Shown here: one piece after another, positions 46,039 to 55,489 of the stretch | Position numbering within the stretch: position 1 is the first letter of the stretch | Layout: each line of letters opens with the position of its first letter | NCBI GenBank assembly: GCA_902536295.1 | Contig: CACAWS010000001.1 | Coordinates: forward strand, 43,452 to 107,451 | Length of the DNA: 64,000 nucleotides | Direction: 5' to 3' | Source: an uncultured SAR86 cluster bacterium | GTDB lineage: Bacteria; Pseudomonadota; Gammaproteobacteria; Magnimaribacterales; AG-339-G14 | Made by a program: the position numbers and the translations under genes | Notes under the pieces: model-generated | The model's database searches: none | What the model was told of the DNA's origin: nothing | What the model saw: the letters and a program-made list of their open reading frames with translations, nothing else

Positions 46039-47175
46039 ATGAAAAATAGCAAACCTTTAGATGGTATAAAAATTGTTGAAATTTCAACAATCATTACAGC
46101 TTCTCTGGCAACAATGATGTTAGCAGATCAAGGTGCCGAAGTTATAAAAATTGAACAATCGGGTATTGGTGATCCCATGAGATATCTTGGAACTCAGAAA
46201 GGGGGAATATCTGCTTTATTTGCTAATTGCAATAGAGGTAAAAAATCTATTGATTTAGATTTAAAAAATAGTGAATGCTTAAATATTGCAAAGCAATTAA
46301 TATCAGAAGCCGATGTATTAATAAATAACTTTAGGCCTGGCATCATGGATAAATTGGGTCTTGGCGAAAAGGAATGCAAAGAAATTAATAAAAACTTAAT
46401 TTATGCCTCGATAAATGGTTTTGGTAATCAGGGACCTTTTGCATCATCTCCGGCCTATGATCATGTTGTCCAAGCAATGTCGGGAGCAACTGATATTCAA
46501 TCCGATGCTGGACAGCCTCAATACATCAAAACTTTACTTTGCGACAAAATAACTGCTTACACAGTCACCCAATCAATAAGTTCAGCTTTATTGAAGAGAG
46601 AAAGAACTGGAATTGCAGATAGAATAGATTTATCAATGATTGATTCTGCTGTTTTTTTTCTTTGGCCAGATGGCATGATGAATCACACTTTATTAGATGA
46701 TGACGTTCAAACATTAGCACCTTTAACAAAGTCATATAACTTGTACAAATGCAAAGATGGTTTCATTTCGATTGCCGCTTTGAACGATCTTCAGTGGTTC
46801 GGTATTTTTAGAGCATTGGGCAAACCTGAGTATATTGAAGATGAGAAATTTAATTCAACTGCAGCAAGAAGTGAAAATTTAGAAGAAGTTATGAGTTTAT
46901 TATCAAAATTTGAAAGTCTTACAACCGATGAAGCTTTAACAAAATTAAGAAATGAAGATGTTCCTTGTGCAGCCACTACAACACTAGATGAATTGGTGTC
47001 GCATCCACAAATTGAAGCTAATGGTTTAATTAGAGAAATTGCTAGTAATAATCAAGGGCGAACGAGAGCACTACGTTATCCTGCAAAATTTAATAACCAA
47101 GAATTAATGAATCATAATCCAGCACCATCTTTAGGAGAGCATAAAGAAGAAATAATTAATTCTTTAAAAAGTTAA
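46039..47175 (+). CDS. Family III CoA-transferase (CaiB/BaiF type)
   Basis: 378 aa. 'LDGIKIVEIST.ITASLATMMLADQGAEVIKIE', 'NRGKKSI.LDLK', 'DVLINNFRPG', 'GFG..GP'. Confidence 0.85.
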   Translation: MKNSKPLDGIKIVEISTIITASLATMMLADQGAEVIKIEQSGIGDPMRYLGTQKGGISALFANCNRGKKSIDLDLKNSECLNIAKQLISEADVLINNFRPGIMDKLGLGEKECKEINKNLIYASINGFGNQGPFASSPAYDHVVQAMSGATDIQSDAGQPQYIKTLLCDKITAYTVTQSISSALLKRERTGIADRIDLSMIDSAVFFLWPDGMMNHTLLDDDVQTLAPLTKSYNLYKCKDGFISIAALNDLQWFGIFRALGKPEYIEDEKFNSTAARSENLEEVMSLLSKFESLTTDEALTKLRNEDVPCAATTTLDELVSHPQIEANGLIREIASNNQGRTRALRYPAKFNNQELMNHNPAPSLGEHKEEIINSLKS

Positions 47176-48011
47176 GATTTTCTAAGCACAGCATACATAC
47201 TGTCACTAAGAGGTTGTCTATCTAATAATTTCATAGAAAATTTCGAAAAACCTGAGCGAAGTGCGGTTTCTCTTAGAGTAGTGGGGGTGAAGTAATTTAC
47301 ATGGTCTGGATGTCGGAACCCGCACCATTTTTCTTTACGAATGTGCCTATTCCAACTTGCAAAATTTGGAACCTTTATTATTACACATCCATGATCTTTC
47401 AATTTTACAAAAATATTTTTTAAAAGTTGAAGCGGTTCGATTTCATGTTCTAAAAAAGATGAAAGAATTACTACATCAAAGTAGTTATCATCGAATTCTA
47501 ACATACCATCTAAAGCGTTGTTATGAACCCATTTACCGCGGTTTGCTTTATCTTTAGCAATTTTTGCTAACGCTGCTGATATTTCAATGCCATTTGGCAA
47601 GCATTTACTATGGTAAATTAAAGGTAATTCAGAAATAATTTTTTCCAAAGCGCCACCATCAGCGCAACCTACATCTAATAATTCAATAGAATCAGTATTA
47701 TTGATTTTTAAAATTTCTTTCTTGGCAATTTCTTTAATCTTGTTTCTTTTTAATACTTTTAATCTGAAGGCTTTCAAAAGGGAACTAATCTTGTAACGAA
47801 TTGGTTCATCAGTTTTTCTTTTTTTAACCTCAGATTCATAAGTTTTTTCCCAAGCATAATCTTCTTTTAAAGCTTCGTAACCTGGTGGATTTTCTAGAAA
47901 AACAATACCAGTTTCACAACATTTAAGAATTTTCCATGGATCTGGAGCAAGATTTAGATTTATAGTTTTTGAGTGTTTTTCAAGCAATGGGCTTACTCTT
48001 TTCAAAGTCAT
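47172..48011 (-). CDS. Class I SAM-dependent methyltransferase
   Basis: 279 aa. SAM motif I 'LLDVGCADGG', 'FDVVILSSFLEH', 'GCVIIKVPN'. Confidence 0.7.
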   Translation of the reverse strand: MTLKRVSPLLEKHSKTINLNLAPDPWKILKCCETGIVFLENPPGYEALKEDYAWEKTYESEVKKRKTDEPIRYKISSLLKAFRLKVLKRNKIKEIAKKEILKINNTDSIELLDVGCADGGALEKIISELPLIYHSKCLPNGIEISAALAKIAKDKANRGKWVHNNALDGMLEFDDNYFDVVILSSFLEHEIEPLQLLKNIFVKLKDHGCVIIKVPNFASWNRHIRKEKWCGFRHPDHVNYFTPTTLRETALRSGFSKFSMKLLDRQPLSDSMYAVLRKS

Positions 48012-48040
48012 AGTAAATAAAAGCTGTTATTATTCATTTA

Positions 48041-48892
48041 ATGTTACAGCAAATTGAGACTAAATATAAAGACTCTAGTTCCTCGTTAGGTGTTGAAATT
48101 ACAGATGTTAATTTAAATGAAAAATTAACTTTTGTAACAATCCAAAAAATTAGGTCTGTTTGGTTAGATAAGGGCGTAGCAATTTTTCCTAATCAAGATC
48201 TTACTCATGATGAATTTCAAAATTTTTCTTTAGAATTTGGAAATTTTGGCGATGATCCTTTCTTAGGCGGCTTGGATGAAAAACCAAACATTGTTGAGGT
48301 AAAGAGACTTGCGTCTGAAAAATCATCACCTTTTGGAGGCGGATGGCACTCGGACTGGTCATTTCAGGAGAATCCACCAGCCGCTACCTTTCTGCTGTCT
48401 AAAATTATTCCTCCAATTGGCGGAGATACTCTGTTTGCAAATACACAAATTGCTTATGAAGATTTAGATGCTGAAATGAAATCGAAAATAGATAATTTAA
48501 AAGTTGTGCATAGCGCTAAGCTGCCATATGCAGACGATGGATTTTATGCAACTGAAAAAGAACAAAGATCAATGAATATTATTACCTCTAAAGAAGCAAA
48601 AAAGGAACAGATACATCCTTTAGTGAAAGTTCATCCAGAAACTCAAAAAAAGGGATTATTCATTAATCCTGTTTATACTTCTCATATTTGTGGTTTTAAT
48701 GAAGAAGAATCATTTTTATTGTTATCAAAACTTTATGAACACATGACACAAGAAAAGTATATTTATCGCCACAAGTGGAATGAAAATATGCTTTTAATGT
48801 GGGATAACAGGACAGTTATGCATATGGCTGAAGGTGGTTACGATGGATATGACCGATTATTACACCGTATCACTATTGCCAACTCCTTTTAA
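48041..48892 (+). CDS. TauD/TfdA-family Fe(II)/2-oxoglutarate dioxygenase
   Basis: 283 aa. 'GGGWHSDWSF' (HxD facial triad), 'GGDTLFAN', 'MWDNRTVMH', 'RLLHR'. Confidence 0.8.
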   Translation: MLQQIETKYKDSSSSLGVEITDVNLNEKLTFVTIQKIRSVWLDKGVAIFPNQDLTHDEFQNFSLEFGNFGDDPFLGGLDEKPNIVEVKRLASEKSSPFGGGWHSDWSFQENPPAATFLLSKIIPPIGGDTLFANTQIAYEDLDAEMKSKIDNLKVVHSAKLPYADDGFYATEKEQRSMNIITSKEAKKEQIHPLVKVHPETQKKGLFINPVYTSHICGFNEEESFLLLSKLYEHMTQEKYIYRHKWNENMLLMWDNRTVMHMAEGGYDGYDRLLHRITIANSF

Positions 48893-50781
48893 TGAGTTTT
48901 TAGCCCCAGAAGTTTGTTATTTTTACGCCAATCTTTTAGCAGCTTGAAGTATTCTAAAGCCCCACCTCCATATGTATTATTTGCAGGATTTGTATTTGGC
49001 TTGCCTTCGTTATTGTAATATCCAGGCGTACAAGATTCTTGGAAACTTTGCATATTTCTAGCTTTTGAAACGATTGTATCTATCCAACCTTTTTCAGCTT
49101 CATCGGAAGCTTCTACATATTTTAAATTTTTACTATCAAGCTGTTTAAGGATATATGCTACGTGCGCACTTTGTTCGTCTAGAGAATGCGTGAAGTTTGC
49201 GGTCATCGGACCTTGACCAGGACCGTAAAAGAATGAGTTTGGAAAACCCTTCGAATGAATTCCGTGAAATGTAGCCAATCCATCTTTCCATTTTTCACTC
49301 AATGTGATTCCGCCAATCCCACTCACTTGATAACCACATCTTCTTGAGTAATCCGTTCCAACTTCAAAGCCGGAAGCAAAGATAATACAATCAACTTTAA
49401 ACTCTTGACCATTATGAATAATTCCTTCAGCGCTTATCTCTTTGACACCCTGACCATCTGTGTCAATTAATTCTACATTGTCATTATTGAATGCTTGCAA
49501 ATACTCATCGTGAAAACAAGGCCTTTTGCAGAGCTGCCTATAATATGGTTTTAAAGATTCTGCTGTATTTGGATCGTTAACTAATGCATCTGCTCTAGCT
49601 CGGACTTTTTCCATTTTTTGGAAGTCAACAATTTCGACTTTTCTATTTATGTCTTCACGCGAAACATATTTCATGAATTTATTTCTAATAAAGGTTCTTA
49701 GGCCATCTTCATAGAAATTTCTATTTAAAGGAGCTGATAAAACCCAACCTAGTAATACTAATTTAGAAGGTCCATTTTTCATCAACCCTCCAAGGATAGT
49801 TCTAAATATCTCAGTCCATCCATCATTTACTAAGTCTTTATTTGTAAAATTACCTGTCAAAAAGCCTTCAAAGTTTTCTCTACGCTCATCTTGCCACCCG
49901 GATTTTTGAGACTTGAACCACTCAATGTTAGTCTCAGTATTATTTCGTTCATCAATAGAAGAGGGCGTTCTTTGAAAGACATACAATTTTTGTGCACTTG
50001 CTGCCAAATGAGGAACACACTGTACAGCAGTTGCGCCTGTTCCAATAATCGCAACTTTTTTATCTTTCAAATTATCTAAGTTTCCGTATGAATCTCCCCC
50101 TGTATAGTCATAATCCCAGCGACTGGTATGGAATGTATGACCCTGATAATCATTGATCCCTTTCATTGCTGGCAGTTTTGGTCTATTTAAAAAGCCATTG
50201 GCATGAATAACATATCTCGCTTTAATAGAATCTTGACGATTAGTTTTAATGAGCCATAATTTTTCGTTCGCTAGCCATTTGACTTCATTGACTTCAGTTT
50301 GAAATAAAGCATTATTCCTAAGTGAAAACTTATCCGATAATATTTTGAAATAATCTAACGTTTCTGCAGCGTCGGTGTATTTGCGTTTAGGGACGAAATT
50401 AGTCTCTTCCAGAAGAGGGAAATAGATGTAAGATTCAATATCGCAAGATGCGCCTGGATATCTATTCCAGTACCAAGTGCCTCCAAAATCACCACCTTTT
50501 TCAATTATTCTAAAATCATTTAAACCTTGCTCTCTGAGTCTTGCACCGCTTAAAACTCCGCCAAACCCGCCGCCAATAATCACAGTATGATAAGTATTAG
50601 TATTAGGTTCTCTTGTAATTTTCTCTTCGATGTAAGGATCCTCGACAAAATATGAAAAGTCTCCTTTAACTTCAATGTACTGATCATTCCCCTCTACTTT
50701 TAATCTTTTGTCTCTTTCTAAACGATATTTAGATCTTAGAGCATCAGGGTCAAATGAAATATGTTGTTCTTGTAATGTCAT
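48889..50781 (-). CDS. Baeyer-Villiger-type flavin monooxygenase (type I BVMO)
   Basis: 630 aa. FAD 'GGGFGG'. 'GGTWYWNRYPGASCD' matches [A/G]GxWxxxx[F/Y]P[G/M]xxxD. 'YQGHTFHTSRWD' is a variant of the BVMO fingerprint FxGxxxHxxxW[P/D]. Second Rossmann 'IGTGATA'. Confidence 0.85.
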   Translation of the reverse strand: MTLQEQHISFDPDALRSKYRLERDKRLKVEGNDQYIEVKGDFSYFVEDPYIEEKITREPNTNTYHTVIIGGGFGGVLSGARLREQGLNDFRIIEKGGDFGGTWYWNRYPGASCDIESYIYFPLLEETNFVPKRKYTDAAETLDYFKILSDKFSLRNNALFQTEVNEVKWLANEKLWLIKTNRQDSIKARYVIHANGFLNRPKLPAMKGINDYQGHTFHTSRWDYDYTGGDSYGNLDNLKDKKVAIIGTGATAVQCVPHLAASAQKLYVFQRTPSSIDERNNTETNIEWFKSQKSGWQDERRENFEGFLTGNFTNKDLVNDGWTEIFRTILGGLMKNGPSKLVLLGWVLSAPLNRNFYEDGLRTFIRNKFMKYVSREDINRKVEIVDFQKMEKVRARADALVNDPNTAESLKPYYRQLCKRPCFHDEYLQAFNNDNVELIDTDGQGVKEISAEGIIHNGQEFKVDCIIFASGFEVGTDYSRRCGYQVSGIGGITLSEKWKDGLATFHGIHSKGFPNSFFYGPGQGPMTANFTHSLDEQSAHVAYILKQLDSKNLKYVEASDEAEKGWIDTIVSKARNMQSFQESCTPGYYNNEGKPNTNPANNTYGGGALEYFKLLKDWRKNNKLLGLKTH

Positions 50782-50832
50782 AAAAAAATAAAAAAAATTA
50801 ACAAAAAAAAATTAGTAGATTATTATAACAAA

Positions 50833-53800
50833 ATGAGGAATCTTTCATTTCTCTTTTTAATTTTTTTAGGTTCATGTGGCGGTGGCGGTGGCGGTGGAAG
50901 CTCATCAGGTCCTGAACCAATAGACGTGACATTACAAGGGAAGGTATTTACAGATAACTACATCTCTGGTGCAACAGTTTTTTTAGACGAAAATAATAAT
51001 CTCACTTTGGATTCAGACGAAACTTCTGTCATTACTGATTCTTCTGGAAATTTTTCAATAACTTTTCTTAACAATAAAAACGGTAATTTGGTGGCAACAG
51101 GAGGACAAAATTTAAGTTCGTCACTAACACTTGATGTTATGATTCACAGACTCACAGATTTAATTCCCACAAATACGAAAATTATCAGTCCCGTCACTAC
51201 TCTAGAGTGGACTTATCATGGAAATTTAGGCCACTTACAGGAAAGCATCTCAGCTGTAAGCGAAATTTTAGAATTAGATTCAGGTTTTCCGATTAGAGAT
51301 CCAATCAATCAAACAGGATACTTAAATGAAAATTTAGTTGAAAAAGGAGCGCAATTAGCAGTTTTATATCGTTCGTATGAGACTATTTCTGAAACCTTTG
51401 GCTTAGATAATTCCATGATTAGTTTTTTCTATACGCTGAGCGGAATAATTCATAATTTCAGATTAAATAATCCTTACATTAAATACAACTTAGAAAGTAT
51501 TGAATTAGACGGAATTCTTTCACAAGCTGGTGTAGCAGACCAAAGTTTACGAACAAATTTAGAAACATTTATAGGAGTTGTTCTTTCTCTAATGGAAATA
51601 AAAGATTCAGAAAATAAAGAAGTTCAAAATTCACTATTTTCATGGACAATTGATGGATTTCAATCAGAACTAGTAAGTTTAGCTTCTGGTGCTTTAAATG
51701 AAGCAGAAATTAATTCATTCTTAACTAATCCTATAAATTATGTCGCACTTAAGACTGGATTAAACACAATTGATGTGACACCTACTTTAAGTGTTAATCA
51801 AGATATTGTTCAACTTGATGAAGATGGATCAACTACTTTTAATATTCTTGATAATGATACTTATATACCTCAATTAATAGATCACTCGGTGTCTATTTCT
51901 GACCCCTCTAATGGAGAGGTTTCAGTTGTTAATCAATCGACAATAACTTATACCCCTAATCCAGATTTCTTTGGAATCGATAATATGAGTTACAACCTTA
52001 CTCAAAATGGAACAACTGTATCAGGTGAAATCAATATAACAGTTGTGGGTATAAATGATGCCCCAACAATTGATTATGCTTTACCAATCTCAGTTAACGA
52101 AAACCAAATTTCAGTTAGACAATTTAATCTCACAGATGTTGATAATGACGTCAATTTATCTGCTTCTTTATCTTTAGGAGGAATTGATGCAAATTATTTT
52201 TATCTAACTAAAGACTGCTCCGCTGGAGGGTGTCTTGCTGTTTTAAACTTTAAAAATACTCAAGATTATGAAACTAAAAACGCTTTTTCAGTTAATGTTA
52301 TTACTACCGATGGGATTACATCAAAAACAACACCCGTCACTGTCAACTTAAATAATTTAAACGATAATGCGCCATCAATTAGTCAAACGATTTTTTCTGT
52401 TCAAGAAAATCAGCTAGATATTAGTAATTCTTTTTTTACCGATCCAGATTGCCCTTTAGTTTTTAACGATACCTGTCCAGCTTCTTTCGAAGGAGGAAAT
52501 CCCTATATTTATAGTTTTACTGGTCTTGATGCCGAATGCATTGAATCCTCAAATACAGCAATACCTGGAAGAATAACTTTTAAAGATTCTTGCATGCCTA
52601 ATTTTGAAGCAAAAAATACTTATACATTTACATTGGCAATTTCAGATGGAGTTTATGTTGATACAGAAAATATTACCGTCAATATCTTAGATGTGAATGA
52701 TCCAGCAGTTTTATCCATTACTAGTCTTGATTTAGAAATTATGCCAATTAATGCCACTTCAAAAGTTTTTTCACTAAACCCTCAAGATGAGGACGGCGAC
52801 ACCGTATCTACAACAATCATAGTTAATTCATCTAGAGGAACGGCAAGTTTGAATGGCAATAATTTAACATTTGTAACAAATCCTGCATTACATGATCCAG
52901 AGTTATCTGAGTCTTATGCTGATTCCGTCACGTTAAGATTAAATGATGGCACGGAAAATAATGACTTTAATGTTTCTATAAATTTTAAATCGGATCCTTA
53001 TTATCAACATCAATGGCATTTGAATAATAGAAGCCAAAATAACTTTGCTACAAATAGTGGTAATGTTTCAGCTGATTTAAATGTTGATTCTGTCATTGCT
53101 TCAGGTTACGACGGTGACGGGGTTACTATCGCAATCATTGATTCAGGGACTGAAATAGCTCACGAAGATTTGGCAGCAAATATTTTGGTAAATCAATCTT
53201 ACGATTTTGGCGACGGAGACAATGACCCCACGCCACAATTTAATAGCGGAGATCATGCACATGGAACTGCTGTTGCGGGACTAGCGGCTGCAAGAGGATG
53301 GAATGATATAGGCGGCAGGGGAGTTGCTCCAAGAGCAAATCTAGTAGCTTACAATCTTTTAGGCGGAGAGAACCTTGTAGAGTATCAATCTTTTACAAAT
53401 TATATCGATGCTCTTGGCGGCTCCGACGGAGGAGCTAATACTTCGGTAGTAGACATTTTCAATATGAGTTTTGGAGGAATGGGTGGAAGTGCTTTTGATA
53501 CTTTTGGGCTCCCAGAAAGTATTTTGAGTGCTTATGAAAATGGAACTCAAGTTTTAAGATCAGGCAAAGGGGCTTTATATGTGAAGTCATCTGGTAATGG
53601 TTGGGGTCCCGGCTCAAGCTCAGAGGGCTATTGTTATTCAGGAGGAGTTGCATTTACAGAAAGCGCCCGAGATGAAAATTTTTCATGCACGATAGCAAGT
53701 TTTGACTCTGATAATACGGAGCCATATTTAATTACTACTGCTTCGCTAAACGCAAATGACGAAAGATCAAGCTACTCAACACCTGGAACTTCGGTATGGA

Positions 53801-54600
53801 TTTCTGGGTATGGTGGAGAATTTGGTGTAGTAGATCCAGCGATGTTAACAACCGATCTTGAAGGATGTAATAAAGGAATATCGACTAGTTCAGTTATCAC
53901 AAATGATACAAATTGTAATTACACTCATAGAATGAATGGTACCTCTTCAGCCGCTCCAATTTTATCTGGAGCAATTGCTTTAATTTTAGAAGCCAACCCC
54001 AATTTAACTTGGCGAGATGTGAAACACATCTTAGCTTCTACAGCAACTAAGATTGATGATGGATTTGAAAAAAATTTCCTAGGTCTTAATATTTATCAGT
54101 GGACTCAAAACGCAGCAGGATTTGAACATCATCCTTCTTATGGATTTGGTAAAGTAAATATTGCCAGTGCAATAGATAGCGCAGTTAACTATAGTTTGGG
54201 AAGTTTAGGAACAATGGCGAGTACTACTGGTAACCAAACTTCATTAAATGCACCATTTAATAGTTACACAGAAACTATTATGTCAGGAGCAACCATATCC
54301 ATAATTGCTCCAAATGGTAAAAGTAAGATAGATTTTGTAAAACTCAGTGTTGGATTCAATCATCCTGATCCTGAGCACGTGATGATAGAGCTTCTTTCTC
54401 CAGATGGCACAAGAATCACAGTTCTTCCTCCTTTCACTATTAAAACAACTAATCCTTCTGGTAATAGTTTTGACATTGGTATTAATTCTTTTTATAAAGA
54501 AAATATTCAAGGAGATTGGACCATAATAATGAGTGATCTCACAGATGATAATGTAGGCGGAACTTTAAATAACTGGAGCTTAAAAATATATGGGCATTAA
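50833..54600 (+). CDS. Large lipoprotein: cadherin-like repeat region + subtilisin/kexin-like S8 protease + C-terminal P (proprotein-convertase) domain
   Basis: 1255 aa. Lipobox 'FLGSC' followed by a Gly7-Ser3 linker. Repeated 'V.D.NDAP/NDNAP/NDPA' domain boundaries. S8 triad motifs 'AIIDSGTEIAHEDL', 'HGTAVAG', 'GTSSAAP'. Kexin-type entry 'DPYYQHQWHLNN'. P-domain 'LLSPDGTRITVL...GDWTIIMSD...GTLNNWSLKIYG'. Confidence 0.85.
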   Translation: MRNLSFLFLIFLGSCGGGGGGGSSSGPEPIDVTLQGKVFTDNYISGATVFLDENNNLTLDSDETSVITDSSGNFSITFLNNKNGNLVATGGQNLSSSLTLDVMIHRLTDLIPTNTKIISPVTTLEWTYHGNLGHLQESISAVSEILELDSGFPIRDPINQTGYLNENLVEKGAQLAVLYRSYETISETFGLDNSMISFFYTLSGIIHNFRLNNPYIKYNLESIELDGILSQAGVADQSLRTNLETFIGVVLSLMEIKDSENKEVQNSLFSWTIDGFQSELVSLASGALNEAEINSFLTNPINYVALKTGLNTIDVTPTLSVNQDIVQLDEDGSTTFNILDNDTYIPQLIDHSVSISDPSNGEVSVVNQSTITYTPNPDFFGIDNMSYNLTQNGTTVSGEINITVVGINDAPTIDYALPISVNENQISVRQFNLTDVDNDVNLSASLSLGGIDANYFYLTKDCSAGGCLAVLNFKNTQDYETKNAFSVNVITTDGITSKTTPVTVNLNNLNDNAPSISQTIFSVQENQLDISNSFFTDPDCPLVFNDTCPASFEGGNPYIYSFTGLDAECIESSNTAIPGRITFKDSCMPNFEAKNTYTFTLAISDGVYVDTENITVNILDVNDPAVLSITSLDLEIMPINATSKVFSLNPQDEDGDTVSTTIIVNSSRGTASLNGNNLTFVTNPALHDPELSESYADSVTLRLNDGTENNDFNVSINFKSDPYYQHQWHLNNRSQNNFATNSGNVSADLNVDSVIASGYDGDGVTIAIIDSGTEIAHEDLAANILVNQSYDFGDGDNDPTPQFNSGDHAHGTAVAGLAAARGWNDIGGRGVAPRANLVAYNLLGGENLVEYQSFTNYIDALGGSDGGANTSVVDIFNMSFGGMGGSAFDTFGLPESILSAYENGTQVLRSGKGALYVKSSGNGWGPGSSSEGYCYSGGVAFTESARDENFSCTIASFDSDNTEPYLITTASLNANDERSSYSTPGTSVWISGYGGEFGVVDPAMLTTDLEGCNKGISTSSVITNDTNCNYTHRMNGTSSAAPILSGAIALILEANPNLTWRDVKHILASTATKIDDGFEKNFLGLNIYQWTQNAAGFEHHPSYGFGKVNIASAIDSAVNYSLGSLGTMASTTGNQTSLNAPFNSYTETIMSGATISIIAPNGKSKIDFVKLSVGFNHPDPEHVMIELLSPDGTRITVLPPFTIKTTNPSGNSFDIGINSFYKENIQGDWTIIMSDLTDDNVGGTLNNWSLKIYGH

Positions 54601-55135
54601 ACACATTAATTTTCTTTTTCTATGTTTGTTTTCCTTGGAATTCTTTTCTTTAATGAAGGTAGATTTAACTGACGTTCCTAAATCTGAAGAGGAAGAAGTG
54701 ATCGGTAAAGCAAAAATCTTAAAAGATTCCATTGTTTTTATTGATAAAGAAAATGAGTTTAATTTTTCTGGTTTTAAACAAAAAGGAGTTTTTAAATTTG
54801 TCGAAGATATTAATGACTTAGATTCAAATAATTTATTTTTTCAAAATTTTTCATTCGATCCTGATGGAACTGATCAAAATTATAAAGTAGTTCAGTTTCC
54901 TGATAATAGTTATGGAATAACAGATGGAGCCTTAATAATTTTTTTTCAAGACAACGTTGATAGGGTAATATTCGCTTCGAATTATGAGCTCATTTTAATT
55001 GATAATTATTCTTTTGGAGCATCTTTTAAGTCCAATAATTATAGTGAAATTGAATCTTTGATCGAGGAAATTGAAAATGATGTGAGGGTAAAAAAAGTTG
55101 AATTTAATTTAATGTTGGATAATAAAATTAATTAA
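54590..55135 (+). CDS. Secreted hypothetical protein, translationally coupled to the S8 protease gene
   Basis: 181 aa. 11-nt overlap with the upstream stop. N-terminal signal-like 'INFLFLCLFSLEFFSL'. The C-terminal 'SFGASFKSNNYSEIESLIEEIENDVRVKKVEFNL' recalls the end of subtilisin I9 propeptides (weak, by eye). Confidence 0.5.
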   Translation: MGIKHINFLFLCLFSLEFFSLMKVDLTDVPKSEEEEVIGKAKILKDSIVFIDKENEFNFSGFKQKGVFKFVEDINDLDSNNLFFQNFSFDPDGTDQNYKVVQFPDNSYGITDGALIIFFQDNVDRVIFASNYELILIDNYSFGASFKSNNYSEIESLIEEIENDVRVKKVEFNLMLDNKIN

Positions 55136-55146
55136 TAAAAATGTAT

Positions 55147-55222
<76 letters not shown>

Positions 55223-55268
55223 ATACAAGTCAATAAACATAAGGGTATCAGGATATTCAGTTTTTCTG

Positions 55269-55286
55269 CTTATTTTTAAAAATAAG
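55269..55286. repeat. Perfect 18-bp AT-rich palindrome cttattttt/aaaaataag
   Basis: Read directly, 47 nt downstream of tRNA-Ala. It could be a weak hairpin or a binding site. Confidence 0.6.
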
Positions 55287-55287
55287 A

Positions 55288-55312
55288 TTGGTCACAACTT
55301 TGGTCACAACTT
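55288..55312. repeat. Tandem direct repeat, 2 x 12 bp (tggtcacaactt)
   Basis: 'ttggtcacaactttggtcacaactt' read directly. Two exact head-to-tail copies. Confidence 0.85.
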
Positions 55313-55384
55313 AATCCTAAGATTCCTGAAAACCTAGAATGTTTAATAATATATGCAAAAATGGGGTTTTTTTGGAGAGAAAAA

Positions 55385-55489
55385 ATGTTTGATCCTGATA
55401 CATATGATTTTATTCTTGCATTTCAATTTGCAACTGTTTTGGGAATATTTTGTGGTCTTATACTTATATTCGATTCAAAGTCAGAATAA
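55385..55489 (+). CDS. Possible 34-aa hydrophobic peptide (MFDPDTYDFILAFQFATVLGIFCGLILIFDSKSE)
   Basis: Below the ORF-track size cut-off. GGAGAG lies 5 nt upstream of the ATG. One predicted TM helix. The same frame stays open after the TAA into a second TM-like segment ending at 55651. Confidence 0.3.
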   Translation: MFDPDTYDFILAFQFATVLGIFCGLILIFDSKSE

